From contig CM060733.1 in the NCBI GenBank assembly GCA_030704615.1, positions 73,408,001 to 73,472,000 on the forward strand: DNA of 64,000 bases, read 5' to 3'. Positions 1 to 11,980 of this stretch are shown here, in pieces. Within the stretch, counting starts at the first letter, position 1. Each line of letters starts with the position of its first letter. A program made the translations under genes and the position numbers. The notes beneath the pieces were generated by a model. The model had not been told where the DNA came from, searched no databases, and was given only the letters and a program-made list of their open reading frames with translations. The stretch is from Takakia lepidozioides (taxonomy: Eukaryota > Plantae > Bryophyta).

Positions 1-368
1 GAGTTAGTTTCTAATTTGCGGGCAGTAGTCACGGCCCATTTGCAATAGTCGGCAGCGACTATGAATCCCTAAGGGGCAAAACCCGTGTCATAGTCGGTGG
101 CGACTATGACCAGGCCAACTTTGGCTACGAGAGGGCCGGATTACTATAGTCGTTGCCGACTATACCCAATGGCTACCCTATATAAAATTGAGTTAGTTTT
201 TAATTTGCGGGCAGTAGTCACGGCCCACTTGCAATAGTTGGCAGCGACTATGAACTCCTAAGGGGCAAAACCTGTGTCATATTTGGTGGCGACTATGACC
301 AGGCCAATTTGGCTACGACAGGGCCGGCTTGGTATAGTCGTTGCCGACTATACCCAATGGCTACCCTT
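1..368. repeat. Tandem repeat, two ~189-bp units, each with three TAGTCG-N4-CGACTA palindromes; lies in an intron of the E1 accessory gene
   Basis: Unit gagttagttt...ctaccct starts at 1 and at 190. Palindromes at 46, 91, 147 with counterparts in unit 2. Confidence 0.9.
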
Positions 369-599
369 TACCCAATACCCTATACCCAATGGCGCCTTTC
401 TTTAGTCGTTGCCGACTATGAATACAATGTCTGAGTCCAGTAGTCGGCGCCGACCACGAGCAACAACACTACTGCCGACTACCGGAATGTTTGCCGACTA
501 CAACGAGCCTACAATTTTTTTTTCGACCGCTACTTCCCACACCCAATTTGCTGTATGGCATATGCGAAGGGTGGGTGAATTGCATTGACAATTATGTAC

Positions 600-2287
600 C
601 TGTACCTGCGAGCTGGTAAAGTTCCACCAGGCTGCTCAGTAATTGGCCAACTGCGGGCAGGCCCATCCTTCATCTCGCACCAGAATAGCTCCTTCCAGAA
701 CTTGAGGCGGAAATCGTCCACCCAGACAGAGAGGGTCTTCAGAGTGGGAGCCTCTTCTAGGGTTGGCAGCTGCAGGAACCCTTTCTCAACCAGCATGGCC
801 AACTGCCGCTCTGCTTCCTCCTTTTGTTGCGAGTCCAACATGTCAATTGTTAGAGATGAGAAATTGCAACAATAACTGTAACATGAAGCCACCACCAGTA
901 TTGCCAACATCTTACCTGGAACCACCATGTCATTTTGTCGCACCACAAGCCAAACACCACATCTGTTGGAGCATGGGGGAATTTTCCATTTTTGCGGGTT
1001 GTCGAGTCAGAATTCCACAGCTTCAACCATAAAATCTCTTGTTGGACACATTTCCACGATCTGTCACGCTGCAAAACGCACGGAACAAGACCTTCATTTG
1101 ACCATGGACCTTATTGAAATTCGTGAAAGAAAGTACTACCTACAAAACTCAGCAGGGATTTTAGGGCTTAGGGTGGGCTCCATGGTATAGTCGGCGTAGA
1201 CCATACTTTTAGCGAGGCGGTTGTCAACGGAGGCATTGTGGGCATCTTCTCTGAACTCCCTCCCACCAGGCAATACTTCCGACTTCATCTCACACTACAC
1301 GTCAAATTAATGAATTGGTCCACGAAGCACCCATTGGGACTGCTTATACAAGACCTGCAACCCCATGCAAACAACATCCCCAAATTACTAAACCCTATAC
1401 CTATGCTCATGTGAGCAGAAGAGGAAAAAAAAACTCACACATTCATACGATTCATTGCACGCCGTATGAGGCCCAGATCGGAACTCTTCACATCCATAAT
1501 CTTGGCGTTCACCCAGTAGTGCCAGCTCGCCTCGTCTGTGTGCTGCTTGCGTATGACCTCCATCCAAGCATATCACATGTGATCCCGTCGTAGATGTGCA
1601 GCCATTTGTTGGAGAGAAACTCCCACTCCGTGTTCTATATGTCTTCCTCAAATGCTGCATCCGCTGCCTGCCAATGTTCAGACCATGCATCCCGATCTCC
1701 TTGTTGGATTTCTTGGCTCTGTCCACTGTCATCATTGATGGAAAGTAGTAGTGATGCAAGTGCATCATTGTACCTGTCCGCCTCAAAATACAACTTGAGC
1801 TTGTTGATGCCTGGGCGCTCAACCATGCGCATAGCCGGGAGGGGTTGCATCCTGCATAATGGTATCCTTGGCGGAGCACCATTCCGCAGCAAGTGCAAAA
1901 TAGAATTCATTGTGTGGTTCATGGCACTTGTAGTGAGTGAGAGTAGGGCTTGCTTCCGCATGTCGCCAGTCAAAACAACGTCCGCCAGAACAGTGTTTTG
2001 CACACTTGCAGCATTTTGAACAGGTCCGCCACCCTGTGCGCTCGTTGCTGGACCTGGCGATGCAACGCTTTGAAAAATGGGGGAGAGGGGGGGACGATCC
2101 ATCGATGGTGTGGCTGCTGTAGACACCAAACCGCCTTCCTGTGAAGTCGTTGATTTCTTACGAAGTTTCACTAATTTTCTGGTCTAGCACCCTCGCTGCT
2201 CTGTTGGGAGACCACCGTCCGCCCGCGCAGTATGCGTGTTTGTGTGGGCAACACAAACCCCCCCTCTTCCTCCGCTTGAGGCTCCAT
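600..2287 (-). pseudogene. E1 accessory gene, 5' part (ParB/Srx-like domain), spliced and frameshifted; continues off the left edge
   Basis: IPLCRMQPLPAMR..GINKLKLYF matches E2 IPLCRLVSLQVVR..DIDKLKFSF. A frameshifted YDG[N]H..YAWM at ~1560-1600 matches E2 WDGNHRLLAWM. MTWWFQ|gt and YR|gtacat splice donors are shared with E2. Confidence 0.75.
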
Positions 2288-3659
2288 GACGACAACGTTC
2301 CCCTGCTAAAAAATAGAAAGTGAAGCCGAAGAGTCGGGCACCGCAGAGGAGAATCCGCATGACCGTATGCACTGCCGAACCCGGAAAGGGATCAGAACCC
2401 GTCCTACGTGGGCCGTAACGTATGCCTACAAAATTGAGGTAGTGCCACGCAGCCGGCTGCACGCCGTAACCGAACTATGTGCCAAGTGGCCCGCGCCAAA
2501 ATTCAAATAGCAATAACGGATCGAATCCCCCATCCATGGAAGCACGCCATCCGTTGTCATCCGATGTGGATGTTAAATGTGCGTCGAATTAACTCCATCC
2601 AAACCTACGTCAGGAATATGTGATGGCTACCACATCCCCAAAATTGAGAAATAGCCTCCTCCCACTCCGCTAGAAGTAATTTCCGACACGTGGCCTGAAC
2701 TCCATCCAAATAGTTTAGGATGAGAAATATAAGAGGAGTGAATGGTAAAATTTATGTTGACTCGAACGCTGTCAATGTCAATATCCGCGAATCTCTTCTG
2801 GGTGCAATGGGGGTCCGGGTTTGCAGAACGTCATCTTAAATGGTATAATCAACTTCTAATATCCGAACTCCATATCGGAACTTTATATCCCCGAATCTTA
2901 ATATCCTCTGCAGGCTCCTGGAAGTTTCTGGAGGAGCAGAAATTATGAGTCAGAGAGCGCATATTCCGGATGTGAATGACTAAATCTATTTGCAAATTAA
3001 AGAGTCTTTGTCTTGAAATATCACGGATTTTGACATAGCCAATAATATCACCTCAATCACATGGTTTGTGGTATGGGAATGGAGGACTGTGGGGAGGGGT
3101 TTTTGGATCAGGGTCGGGTTGGGGAACTTGAGAGATTTGTCTATCCGTTGTGGCTGGTTGGGTGGGAGATGCGGAGTGGTCCAGATGGCAGGGCATGCTC
3201 TTGTGGGAACATTGTGTGTGGCTTTAGAACCAGGCTAGTGAACTGAGGGCATGAAATGTGCATTGTAGAGTTGATGAAGCGGAATCTTCTTTAGGAATCG
3301 CAGACTTCTGATAAACAGTGAGTATGCCAGCATCACGGGCTGAGTGTTCTTGCTCTTGCTACACCTCCAGTGTGATTGAATTTTTCCAACAGAGGATTAT
3401 TTCTCCCGTGTGTATGGCATGATGGTTTAGTGTGTTACATGGTTTGTCCATCTGTCTTGCATAGGTTGATTTGCTTGCTTGCCCTTCCAGTGTAATGGAT
3501 GCCTATGCCTATCCCTGAAGAGCTGAATTGGCAAGCACACAGTCGGGAAATGCCATCCGCAAGAATTGGTCGGCGCCGACCATACACTACAATGCCTTTG
3601 AAGTGGATGTGTTCAGTGTCTTTAACTCTGTAAATTTTTACGAATTTCAATAATTCCAT

Positions 3660-4230
3660 AAGGTCGGTGCCGACTTGGATTTCATTGACTGCCTCCATGC
3701 GGCGCAATCCGCCACAACATGCGCCAATTTCTGTAGTCGGCGCCGACTACACCCTCACAATGCCGGAAATGGTTTTAATTTCATCCGAGTATCTTCCAAT
3801 ATTTCAAAATTAAAGGAAATTTGAAGGTCGGTCCCGACTACAAGCACATTTAAGCCAAAAAATCAATTGGAAGGCAAATTTGTGCGTTCGTATGGAAGTC
3901 GGCAGCGACTATAGTGCATTAATGGAAAGCGCTTGTCGATTTAAGCAATAGTCGTTGCCGACTATTCCGTTCGCAAGCCAATTTGCCAAAAAAGCCACAT
4001 GAAATGAACATCTTTAGCGACCTTGGCGGATCTGTTGGCCGACTTCAACAAAAACTGGTATAGTCGCCAACGACTACTCCGATTCGTCTTGCAATTCAAT
4101 GAAATCTGCCTGATCCGTCGCCGGAATTAATTTCAACGATATGAAGTCGGTACCGACTACGGAAGAAAACCTGTCCCACTAACTATTTCACAATGTTCAT
4201 GCCTTTCAAATAGGCGTGGTCGGCAACGAC
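3660..4230. repeat. Cluster of TAGTCG-N4-CGACTA palindromes upstream of the E1 transposase
   Basis: Copies at about 3661, 3734 (perfect gtagtcggcgccgactac), 3825, 3896, 3949, 4061, 4144. Confidence 0.85.
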
Positions 4231-4359
4231 AATAAGGCATCCACCTGTGGCGTAGAACAAATTCAGATGAAGAGGAGGTTAATGGTTGTTTCGAAATGGC
4301 CGTTGCCAGCTGAACGTGCCGCCGCCAATTGTTGCGCAGATGGTTTTCATCCGACCTTA

Positions 4360-7300
4360 AATCCATTAAATATTCCTTTTGCATTTATTTCTTACCGTTG
4401 TTGACGTACAGTTCGTTAGGAAATCGTAAACTGCAGCTTGGAAGGATAAATTTTGAAAATGTTGAAGCAAGGAAGGTGAGATGCTTGCCGAGGATCGTTG
4501 ACGGCGATGTTTTGTATGAGCTGCCGCCCACATCGAACACATCTCCAGCTGGGCAGCTTGAGGGCATGGACCGCAAATACGACGGGAATCCATGGACGGT
4601 CACAAAAATAACCAACATCAAGCTCCCGCTCATTGGTTCAAAAGGCGGCGCTGTGAGGTGATGTTTCCATTTTCAGTGGTGGATATTGCCATACGACTTT
4701 TTGTAGTCAGTGTAGACTTACATTGTTTGTCCACGTAGTGCCACGATCGTAGTCGAGTACTAACCAACTTTCACATGGCAGATATGTTTACTGTGTTGAA
4801 GCGTTGAGGTGCGTCCGGGGAACATGCCCATTCTTCGTCAAGGAGGGAGCGCACAATGAGATGCACTGGTTCGGGCACTTCGAGGTACAGTTCAAGCCAC
4901 AGAGCCAAGTTCTGCCAAACACCTTTGTATGCGTAGTGTGCAATCATGCACCCACGTGCATGCATATTTGCCCCGCGAAAATGTTTTACGTCCTTGGTCC
5001 ACCAACAATGACAAGAGCAGCCATCCATGTTGGGAACCACTCACACCCCTCTGCACCAGGGCTGTGTCGGGAAGCAGCAGTAAAGGCAAAAAGTGTCATT
5101 GCAGAAGAGATCCAAAGGTCACCCTCAGCCAGGCCCAAATCAGTTCAGCTATCTGTTGCTGAATCTATCGTCATGGAGAGGTGATATCTCCTGGTGCAAC
5201 GGAGAGTTCGAAGCTATATGATGAGCAATTCGAGGAGCTCATGGAAGAAGTGGGTGCAGTGAGCAGATGTGGTGTTCGTTACGAGACACAGAAGACAAAA
5301 GCGGCAATGGGGATTGGGAGCGATGTGGAAGCGTTAATGACAATGAAAAGTTGGAGCGGGTACGACTATATCCAGGGGAGCCGTTTTCCAGGTCAAGGGA
5401 GTGTGTACGAGAGATGTTTTGTCTTCAAGATGTCAACTGTTGGTAAAGGCTGTGGAGTCCATTTGGTGGACATGATGCGGGTCGGTGGTGAGCTGGGGTC
5501 GAGTTGGATTATGTTCGACAACGTCAAACGAATACACAGTTGGAGCACAATGGCGTGTCACGTGTACCATTTGAATTACCGCAAGATTATGACAATCGCA
5601 ATCTGTGAAATGAAATCGGAGGATACAACATCACAAGTGATTATGTGGGAGTGCATCAACGATCAGATGCGAAGAGCAGGGAAGGGCCAACCACAATTCC
5701 GAGGATTCATGGCCGACAATGCAAATGCCAACTAGGCTATTGTGCGTATGGTGTATGGCGGAGGGGAACCTATGCCTGATCGAGAAAGGACATGTGGCTT
5801 CTATTGGGGCCAGAGCCTGGACAAATGGACGAAAAAAAATATATTGCAGGACCTTCAAAAAGCACATATACAGCTGTGTACGAAATGGAGAGCAGCAAGT
5901 TCTGAGGCGGAAGCAGAGGTTTCGTTTGTGGCGATCCGTGCCTGGTGGTCCTCCTCCGGTGCCGTGCGAGACGATGACGTTCCTGCGCTGGAAAGCTGGC
6001 TTTCGTGGTGGACATACCGATACTACCAATTGGGAGCATATGTTCGCAATGTAAGTCTTCGGTTTCTACAAACACTGTATATGCACTTCTATGATGCCAC
6101 TCACGTGAGCGAACCTAATGTCTTAGTCGGCACCGACCAGAGCCTTACATCTCTGGAATGAGATGCATTTGTTAGGCTATATTTCTACCAAGTGCGTTAT
6201 GCGCATGATCCTCCGCTCACATGAGCACGTCATAAGTTTAAGTAGAACGGTTTCCACTCGACGCTTTTTATACATTGCCGAATATGCAGAACTGACATGA
6301 TATGAAGTTAAACCATATAGTCTGCAGCAACTATTGCACCCGCCATCTGTACATGCTTCTTTTACTGCATAACATTTGCACCCACAGGGTACTAGTACCG
6401 TATAGTCTGCAACGACTATATGGGATTGATATATTTTCACACACAGGTAATTCCATACGTGTTATATTGGTTTGGTCACATGTGAGGATAAACGAATAAG
6501 GGGCATAGTCGGTAACGACTATGCCACCGGGAACGTAAAGCGGTTCATGCAGTTGGCCTGTACTAATAGTTTGTAGCGACTATGGCTTGGTTGTTCAATG
6601 TTTCAGGGTCGGTTACAGAAACGTGGGTGTCTTTTTATGAGACTGCTCATATAGTCGGCAACGACTATCTACGGGACGTACATGCAGTACACTATTTACT
6701 GAACGTGTCATTATAGTCTGTACCGACTACGTTCCTACCGTCTGCTTGTTAGATAATATGCGATTCGTCTTTATTTTTAGTACAAAGCCTGCTGATAATG
6801 ACGTTATCGTATAGTCTGTATTATGTAAATGGTCCAGCATTTGGCATTGCAGCGTTCTTTTCTAGCTCCAGATCTTGCAGTACACATGTACAAGTCAACA
6901 TTGAAGCATAGTTGGTGCAGACTATTAAACAGCACAGTCAGTGGAGGACCAATTTGTAGGACATAACCGCATAGTCGTCGCCGACTACAAGCCCGACAGG
7001 ATCCGACATCCGACAACATTCCGCCGGTAACGCTAAAGTCGGTGCAGACTATAGGCACCATAGACAGACCTCTATACAGCCACCAGGAACAACTTGACGA
7101 GGACAATTATGCAATCGTGTGACTACCACAGTTATCTGAAGGGTGGAGCAAAGGGTTCCGGAACCGACCAGGCACAACTGCTAGCCCGTGCTGCATCGCG
7201 ATTGTCTGATCCAGCTAAAATGACAGAAGCGGTCAGGTCTTTCGTAGATGGTACTGAGCTTCATGGGCAAAATCCAGGGCTCGAGGGTGATCTCCTAACT

Positions 7301-8145
7301 CGCACAACAAAACGGAAGATTGTTCTTGGCAACTTACAGGAAGAGAAAACCCGTCACTCCTGGAGGTCTGACTTAAACCTCCGAACAACACCGAGGCGTC
7401 ATGAAGGTTCTGGTGGACCAAGAGTGTCCACATGCACTACTGACATGTCCGTGGAGAATTTGGAGGATGATCTTCCAGTTCAGAACAAAAAGCCAGTTTT
7501 GGAGTCGGCTATGTCCATGGCATGCTGGCACATAGCACGAACTTCTAACACATCACGGGTAAAGTGCTGGGCAGTGCGCCCTGAGTGTGGGAAGCCATGC
7601 AAACAGGAAATCAGGCCACTCCAGAGTTTGGGTGTTCCGGCTCCGAGGTTTGTTGGTCGGCACCACCCTCCTGCCCTGGTGAAGCCGAAGATGATGGAGA
7701 TTTGGCACTGCCCAACAGACATCATCTACTGTGTCGGTGGCGATTCTAACCAGTATGTGCTAGACAGACCTGATATTCCGGACGTTTGGCCTGTGATGGT
7801 GGGACGAACCTAAGTTAGGCAGAGGTTGACTCTTTCACAAAAGCAGGCTTTCGACTTGTTCCCCCAGATGACATGGGTAATTCCCAAGGTGAATGGGACT
7901 GTGTTGCGGAAGATATCAATAATCTGGATCCAGACTCGTATGCGACAAAAAGGTGGGACAGAGTATATCGGCGGAAGAAACGGTCAGCAATCGCTCGTAA
8001 GAAGATGAAGTTACTTTGCAGGCCACGATGCAATCATTTAAGGATGTTCCACGCCCCGGAAATTGGATGTGTGTACACACTGTTCACACCGGGATCAGCA
8101 AAAGCAAGGGAGGTGTACAATGTTTGCATCTCTAGAAGTCCGGAT
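4360..8145 (+). pseudogene. E1 Mutator-like DDE transposase with GCM/WRKY-type Zn domain; spliced, stops/frameshifts, 3' truncated
   Basis: Zn-finger-like DGNPW..YCVEALRC..CVVC..CPAK..IHVGNHSHP. Catalytic-type WIMFDNVKR and FMADNANAN, then CGFYWGQS (MULE CxxH position). Collinear with the E2 transposase. GT-AG introns at ~4659-4782 and from 6051. Confidence 0.75.
6120..7055. repeat. Intronic array of TAGTC(G/T)-N4-CGACTA palindromes inside the E1 transposase gene
   Basis: Copies near 6125, 6318, 6403, 6506, 6567, 6653, 6714, 6972, 7037. Confidence 0.85.
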
Positions 8146-8150
8146 CCTTG

Positions 8151-8712
8151 TAGTCTATTCCGACTACAAAGTGCATGACAACTTGGATTTTCTTGTGAAC
8201 TCCAACTCTTTCCACGGATAAGGTCTTTTTTTAACAGGTTTGGAAACATGGACATGCTTGGAATATTCATAGTCTGTGCCGACTACAAAGTGTATGACCA
8301 TTTGAATGAATTAGTTAACTCCAACTCTTTGCTCAGATGAGCTCATTTTTCAACTACCAATTTTTTGCAATCAAATATGAGTCCATATCCATCTTCTTTC
8401 ACTTAATTCTTGTAGTCTGTGCCGACTACAAAGTGTAAGACCATTTGGATAAATTAGTTAACTCCAACTCTTTGCTTAGATGAACTCATTTTTCAACTAC
8501 CACTTTTTTGCAATCAAATGTGAGTCCATATCCATCTTCTTTCACTTAATTCTTGTAGTCTGTGCCGACTACAAAGTGTATGACCATTTGGGTAAATTAG
8601 TTAACTCCAACTCTTTGCTCAGATGAGCTCATTTTCAACTACTTTTTGCAATCAAATGTGAGTCCATATCCATCTTCTTTCACTTAATTCTTGTAGTCTG
8701 TGCCAACTACAA
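8151..8712. repeat. Tandem array of ~143-bp units, each starting with tagtctgtgccgacta
   Basis: Unit starts at 8270, 8413, 8556, 8694, with a diverged unit at 8151. Confidence 0.9.
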
Positions 8713-9338
8713 GACATGGGTGTCCCGGATTTACAATCTTGCCAACAACATTTCCTAACACACATATTATTCATAAACCGGAATTTGTTGCTGACATGGC
8801 CAAACCAACGTACACCAAAATAACTGTCATGGTGATCAATATTCCTGTGGGCTCAAATCCTAATAATGAATTTTATTTTAAGACACATTCCTTCAATATG
8901 TATTGCTCATTTAACACAAGAATTAAAATAGAAAATGAGTTCCATTCTTCAATATCAATTCTGAAACATGTTAACAATAGTAAAATGCCTAAAGTACAAG
9001 AGGTACAATTTTTTTTTATTCTTGATAGTCGTTGCCGACCTCAATGATCATAGCCTCCTTTATCCACTTCTATGTCATGACGTACAAATAAGTTTTTTTT
9101 TTGCAATGACTACAATGTCTCAAATCCTATTGCGGCAAACAGGGCATGACCCGTTTCGAAGCAGCCACCCTTTAATGCAGATAGAGTGAAAGGAATGGCC
9201 GCACTCACTGAGAATACGGACTGACTCGCCCTGTACTGGACAGTCTTGGCAAACAGTGCATCGTTCGTTTGTTGTTGGACATGTTTATCCTGCGATAACA
9301 AACTCCATTGAATGCATTTCAATGATTTCCATGCTTGC

Positions 9339-10727
9339 CTGTAGTGCACTTAGTGGAAGAGGCTTCGATTGTCGGCCCCATTCATTCTCGGTGGATATAC
9401 TTCCTTGAGCGTTATATGAAGACTTTGAAAGGATTTGTAAGACAAATGGCGCACCCGGAGGGTAGCATGGCGGAGGGGTATATGTTGCAAGAAGCTATGT
9501 TCTATTGCACGGAGTACATGACAAGGGTAGATGAGGAAGCCCCTCGGATGTGGAAGGAAGAGGAGGATGCACGAACCAAGGACATCGTTTTGCCCAAAAA
9601 AATCGAAGAGGGTAAAATTGCCGACCTTGGTGATTGAGCAAGCGCATGACTTCAAACTGAAGAACACCCCATCCATACATGAGTGGGAGGCAAGATACAA
9701 TAATCTTGTTCAGCAACGAGAGGAGGAGATGCTTGCATGGAGGCGGAACCATCCAAGGCCGGTTACTAGACGCCCATGACGAGGAGCGGGCCGCCAGAAT
9801 GTTCCTTCACAAAATTTGCCCATGGAATTGCAGCCTTTAAGTTCATTCCAACAGTGGCTTCGGACTTCAGTTTATAACGTTGTTGCTCAAAGAGAGGTGG
9901 TTTCAGATTTGGTGCAAGACATTGCAAAGGGCCCCTCTCAATTCGCGACCTCATACACGGCGGTTTGGGTTCACGGTCGTCATTTCCGCATTTGTGCTCT
10001 TGACATGAAGCGCAAAACAACCTTTGATTCTGGCTTGTGTGCCACATATTGGCAAGACTCCGTGTGGGGCAAGGGAGCTGATACACGACCTGCTATGAGC
10101 AAACTTGAGTACATTGGAGAGCTTGAGAGCATACTCCAACTTCAATATACAAGGTACCGGCCTCTTCTCTTCAAGGGAAGGTGGTTCCAGTCACATCTTG
10201 TGGGGCCCTCCGCAACACTAGTGCAAAATGATTGTGGTTTCATGCGTGTTAATGCAGATAGGCTCAACCCTACTCATCGTCCCTCCGATGAGCCTTTTTC
10301 ACGGCCTTTAGACATGGAGCAAGTTTTCTTCTCCGATGACAAAACAAGAGGGGGGAATTGGAAGGTGGTTGTGCATGCTCAGCCAAGAGGAAGACGTATC
10401 TATCATGGTCTTGGATCTCCATGGGGTGAGGCAATTGCGGTGGACGGAGAGACTGGTCATAATGATGCTGATGATGGAGGTTGGGTAGAGGGGGTAGAAG
10501 ATGATGACGCCCCGGACAATGCATCCTGGACCCTATATGATGAAGCTCCAGAAGATACGGATGTTGGAGAAGGAGACGAAGACACGGCCATTGACAACGA
10601 GGTGGAGGATGATTCGGAGGTGCGTTTTGAGGGCCGGACCATTTATGACAATGACTCCGATGACCAAGAAGACTTGCAGCTTGATGAGGATGAAGAAGCT
10701 CCGGATGATGATGTTCAAGTTGATTAG
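9339..10727 (+). pseudogene. CACTA (En/Spm) transposase C-terminal part (DUF4218 + DUF4216-like, acidic tail), frameshifted
   Basis: HLVEE..GPIHSRWIYFLERYMKTLKGFVRQMAHPEGSMAEGY; YIGELESI..LFKGRWF..GFMRVN..DEPF..QVFFSDD..WKVVV. Confidence 0.9.
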
Positions 10728-11064
10728 ACACAAAATCAAAGCTACATAACAATTCTCGCACCGAACTGGACCCATCTCTTCGATTGATTGTACATGTACA
10801 TGCATATTGTAGTTTATTTCTATGATTGATCAAATATGGCTGTGGCTGATAGTCTTTCAAGAAAGAAGGCAGAGGCAATGAATATGTTGGAGCAACACAT
10901 ACAGATGTGGTATCAAGAGAATTATCAAAATGAATGTCACAATCTACAAGAAGGTCCTCAACAACAAGCTAAACCATAAAGAAAAACAAACACCCTACCC
11001 CAGTACATATGAAAAAAAAAAAACTAAGAACCCCCAAAGGCCCTAAGCCTAAACCTAGAAAGCC

Positions 11065-11760
11065 CTGCAGTCGCTACCTGCGACCCCCACACGTCGCAAC
11101 CTGCGACGCAGTTTTTTGGATTTATGAGGCCGGGGGTCGCAAACTGCGACTGCCAACCGTCGCCAACTACGACCTGTTTTTTTCTTTTGAAAGAATGGAT
11201 TTATGAGGCCGGGGGTCGCAATTGGCGACGGCAACCCGTCGCAAAATGTGACATGTTTTTTTGTTTTGAAAGAATAGGGAAGCCGGGCTGTTTGCGACAC
11301 CCGGCCGTCGCAGGGGCCTTTTGCCCTTCATGCCACCATGCGATGGTTGGGCGTCGCAAAAAAGGGTTGCGATGAAAGAAAGGGCATGAAAGGGTTTTTT
11401 TTTTTGGGCTTGCGACGACCGGCTGTCGCCAGAAAGGGCTGACTTCTCCCCTTCGCTGGGGGCGACGCTTGAGCGTCACACGGAAGGGCTGCTTGCTGCC
11501 CTTCATCCGCCAGTGCGACGGCCAGGCGTCGCCGCTGGCCCCAGCGCTAGGTGGCGACCCGCGGGGTTTGGCTGCGACGGCCCGGCATCGCAAACACGCT
11601 CCGCGGGGTTGGCGTCGCACGCTTGGCGCCGCGCGGGGCGTGGGGGCGCAGCTGGCGTTGCAAACCCCCCCCCCCCCATCATTTGCTGTAGTATTTGGGG
11701 GGGGGGGGGGGGGACGTTGCTTAAGCGACACGTAGGGGGTCGCTTGGCAAGCACGGTGTG
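11065..11760. repeat. GC-rich array of GTCGC-N5-GCGAC palindromes (probable CACTA subterminal repeats)
   Basis: gtcgctacctgcgac, gtcgcaacctgcgac, gtcgcaaactgcgac, gtcgcaattggcgac and others, directly downstream of the CACTA transposase. Confidence 0.7.
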
Positions 11761-11980
11761 TCTTTTGTTTTTTTTCCCTCTTTTTTCTGTAACACAAACT
11801 AGGGTTCCACCTGGACTCAGGATGTCTTCATAATTCCACTCAACAGAAGATCATAAGTATTACAGAGGGGTCGCTTTTTACTATGATATTTTGTGTTTTT
11901 TTTAAATACGTCGCATTGAACATTAACCCGGGGTTGCAGCTCTATATTTTTTTATTTTTTTATTTTTTTGTATGAAATAG

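Larger units (their letters stand above)
1..9045. mobile_element. Mutator-like element copy E1 (divergent accessory gene + transposase, palindrome arrays); left end outside window, right end approximate
   Basis: Two head-to-head degenerate genes homologous to those of E2. The motif TAGTCG-N4-CGACTA is scattered from 46 to 9026 and was not seen beyond. No TIR or TSD identified. Confidence 0.75.
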
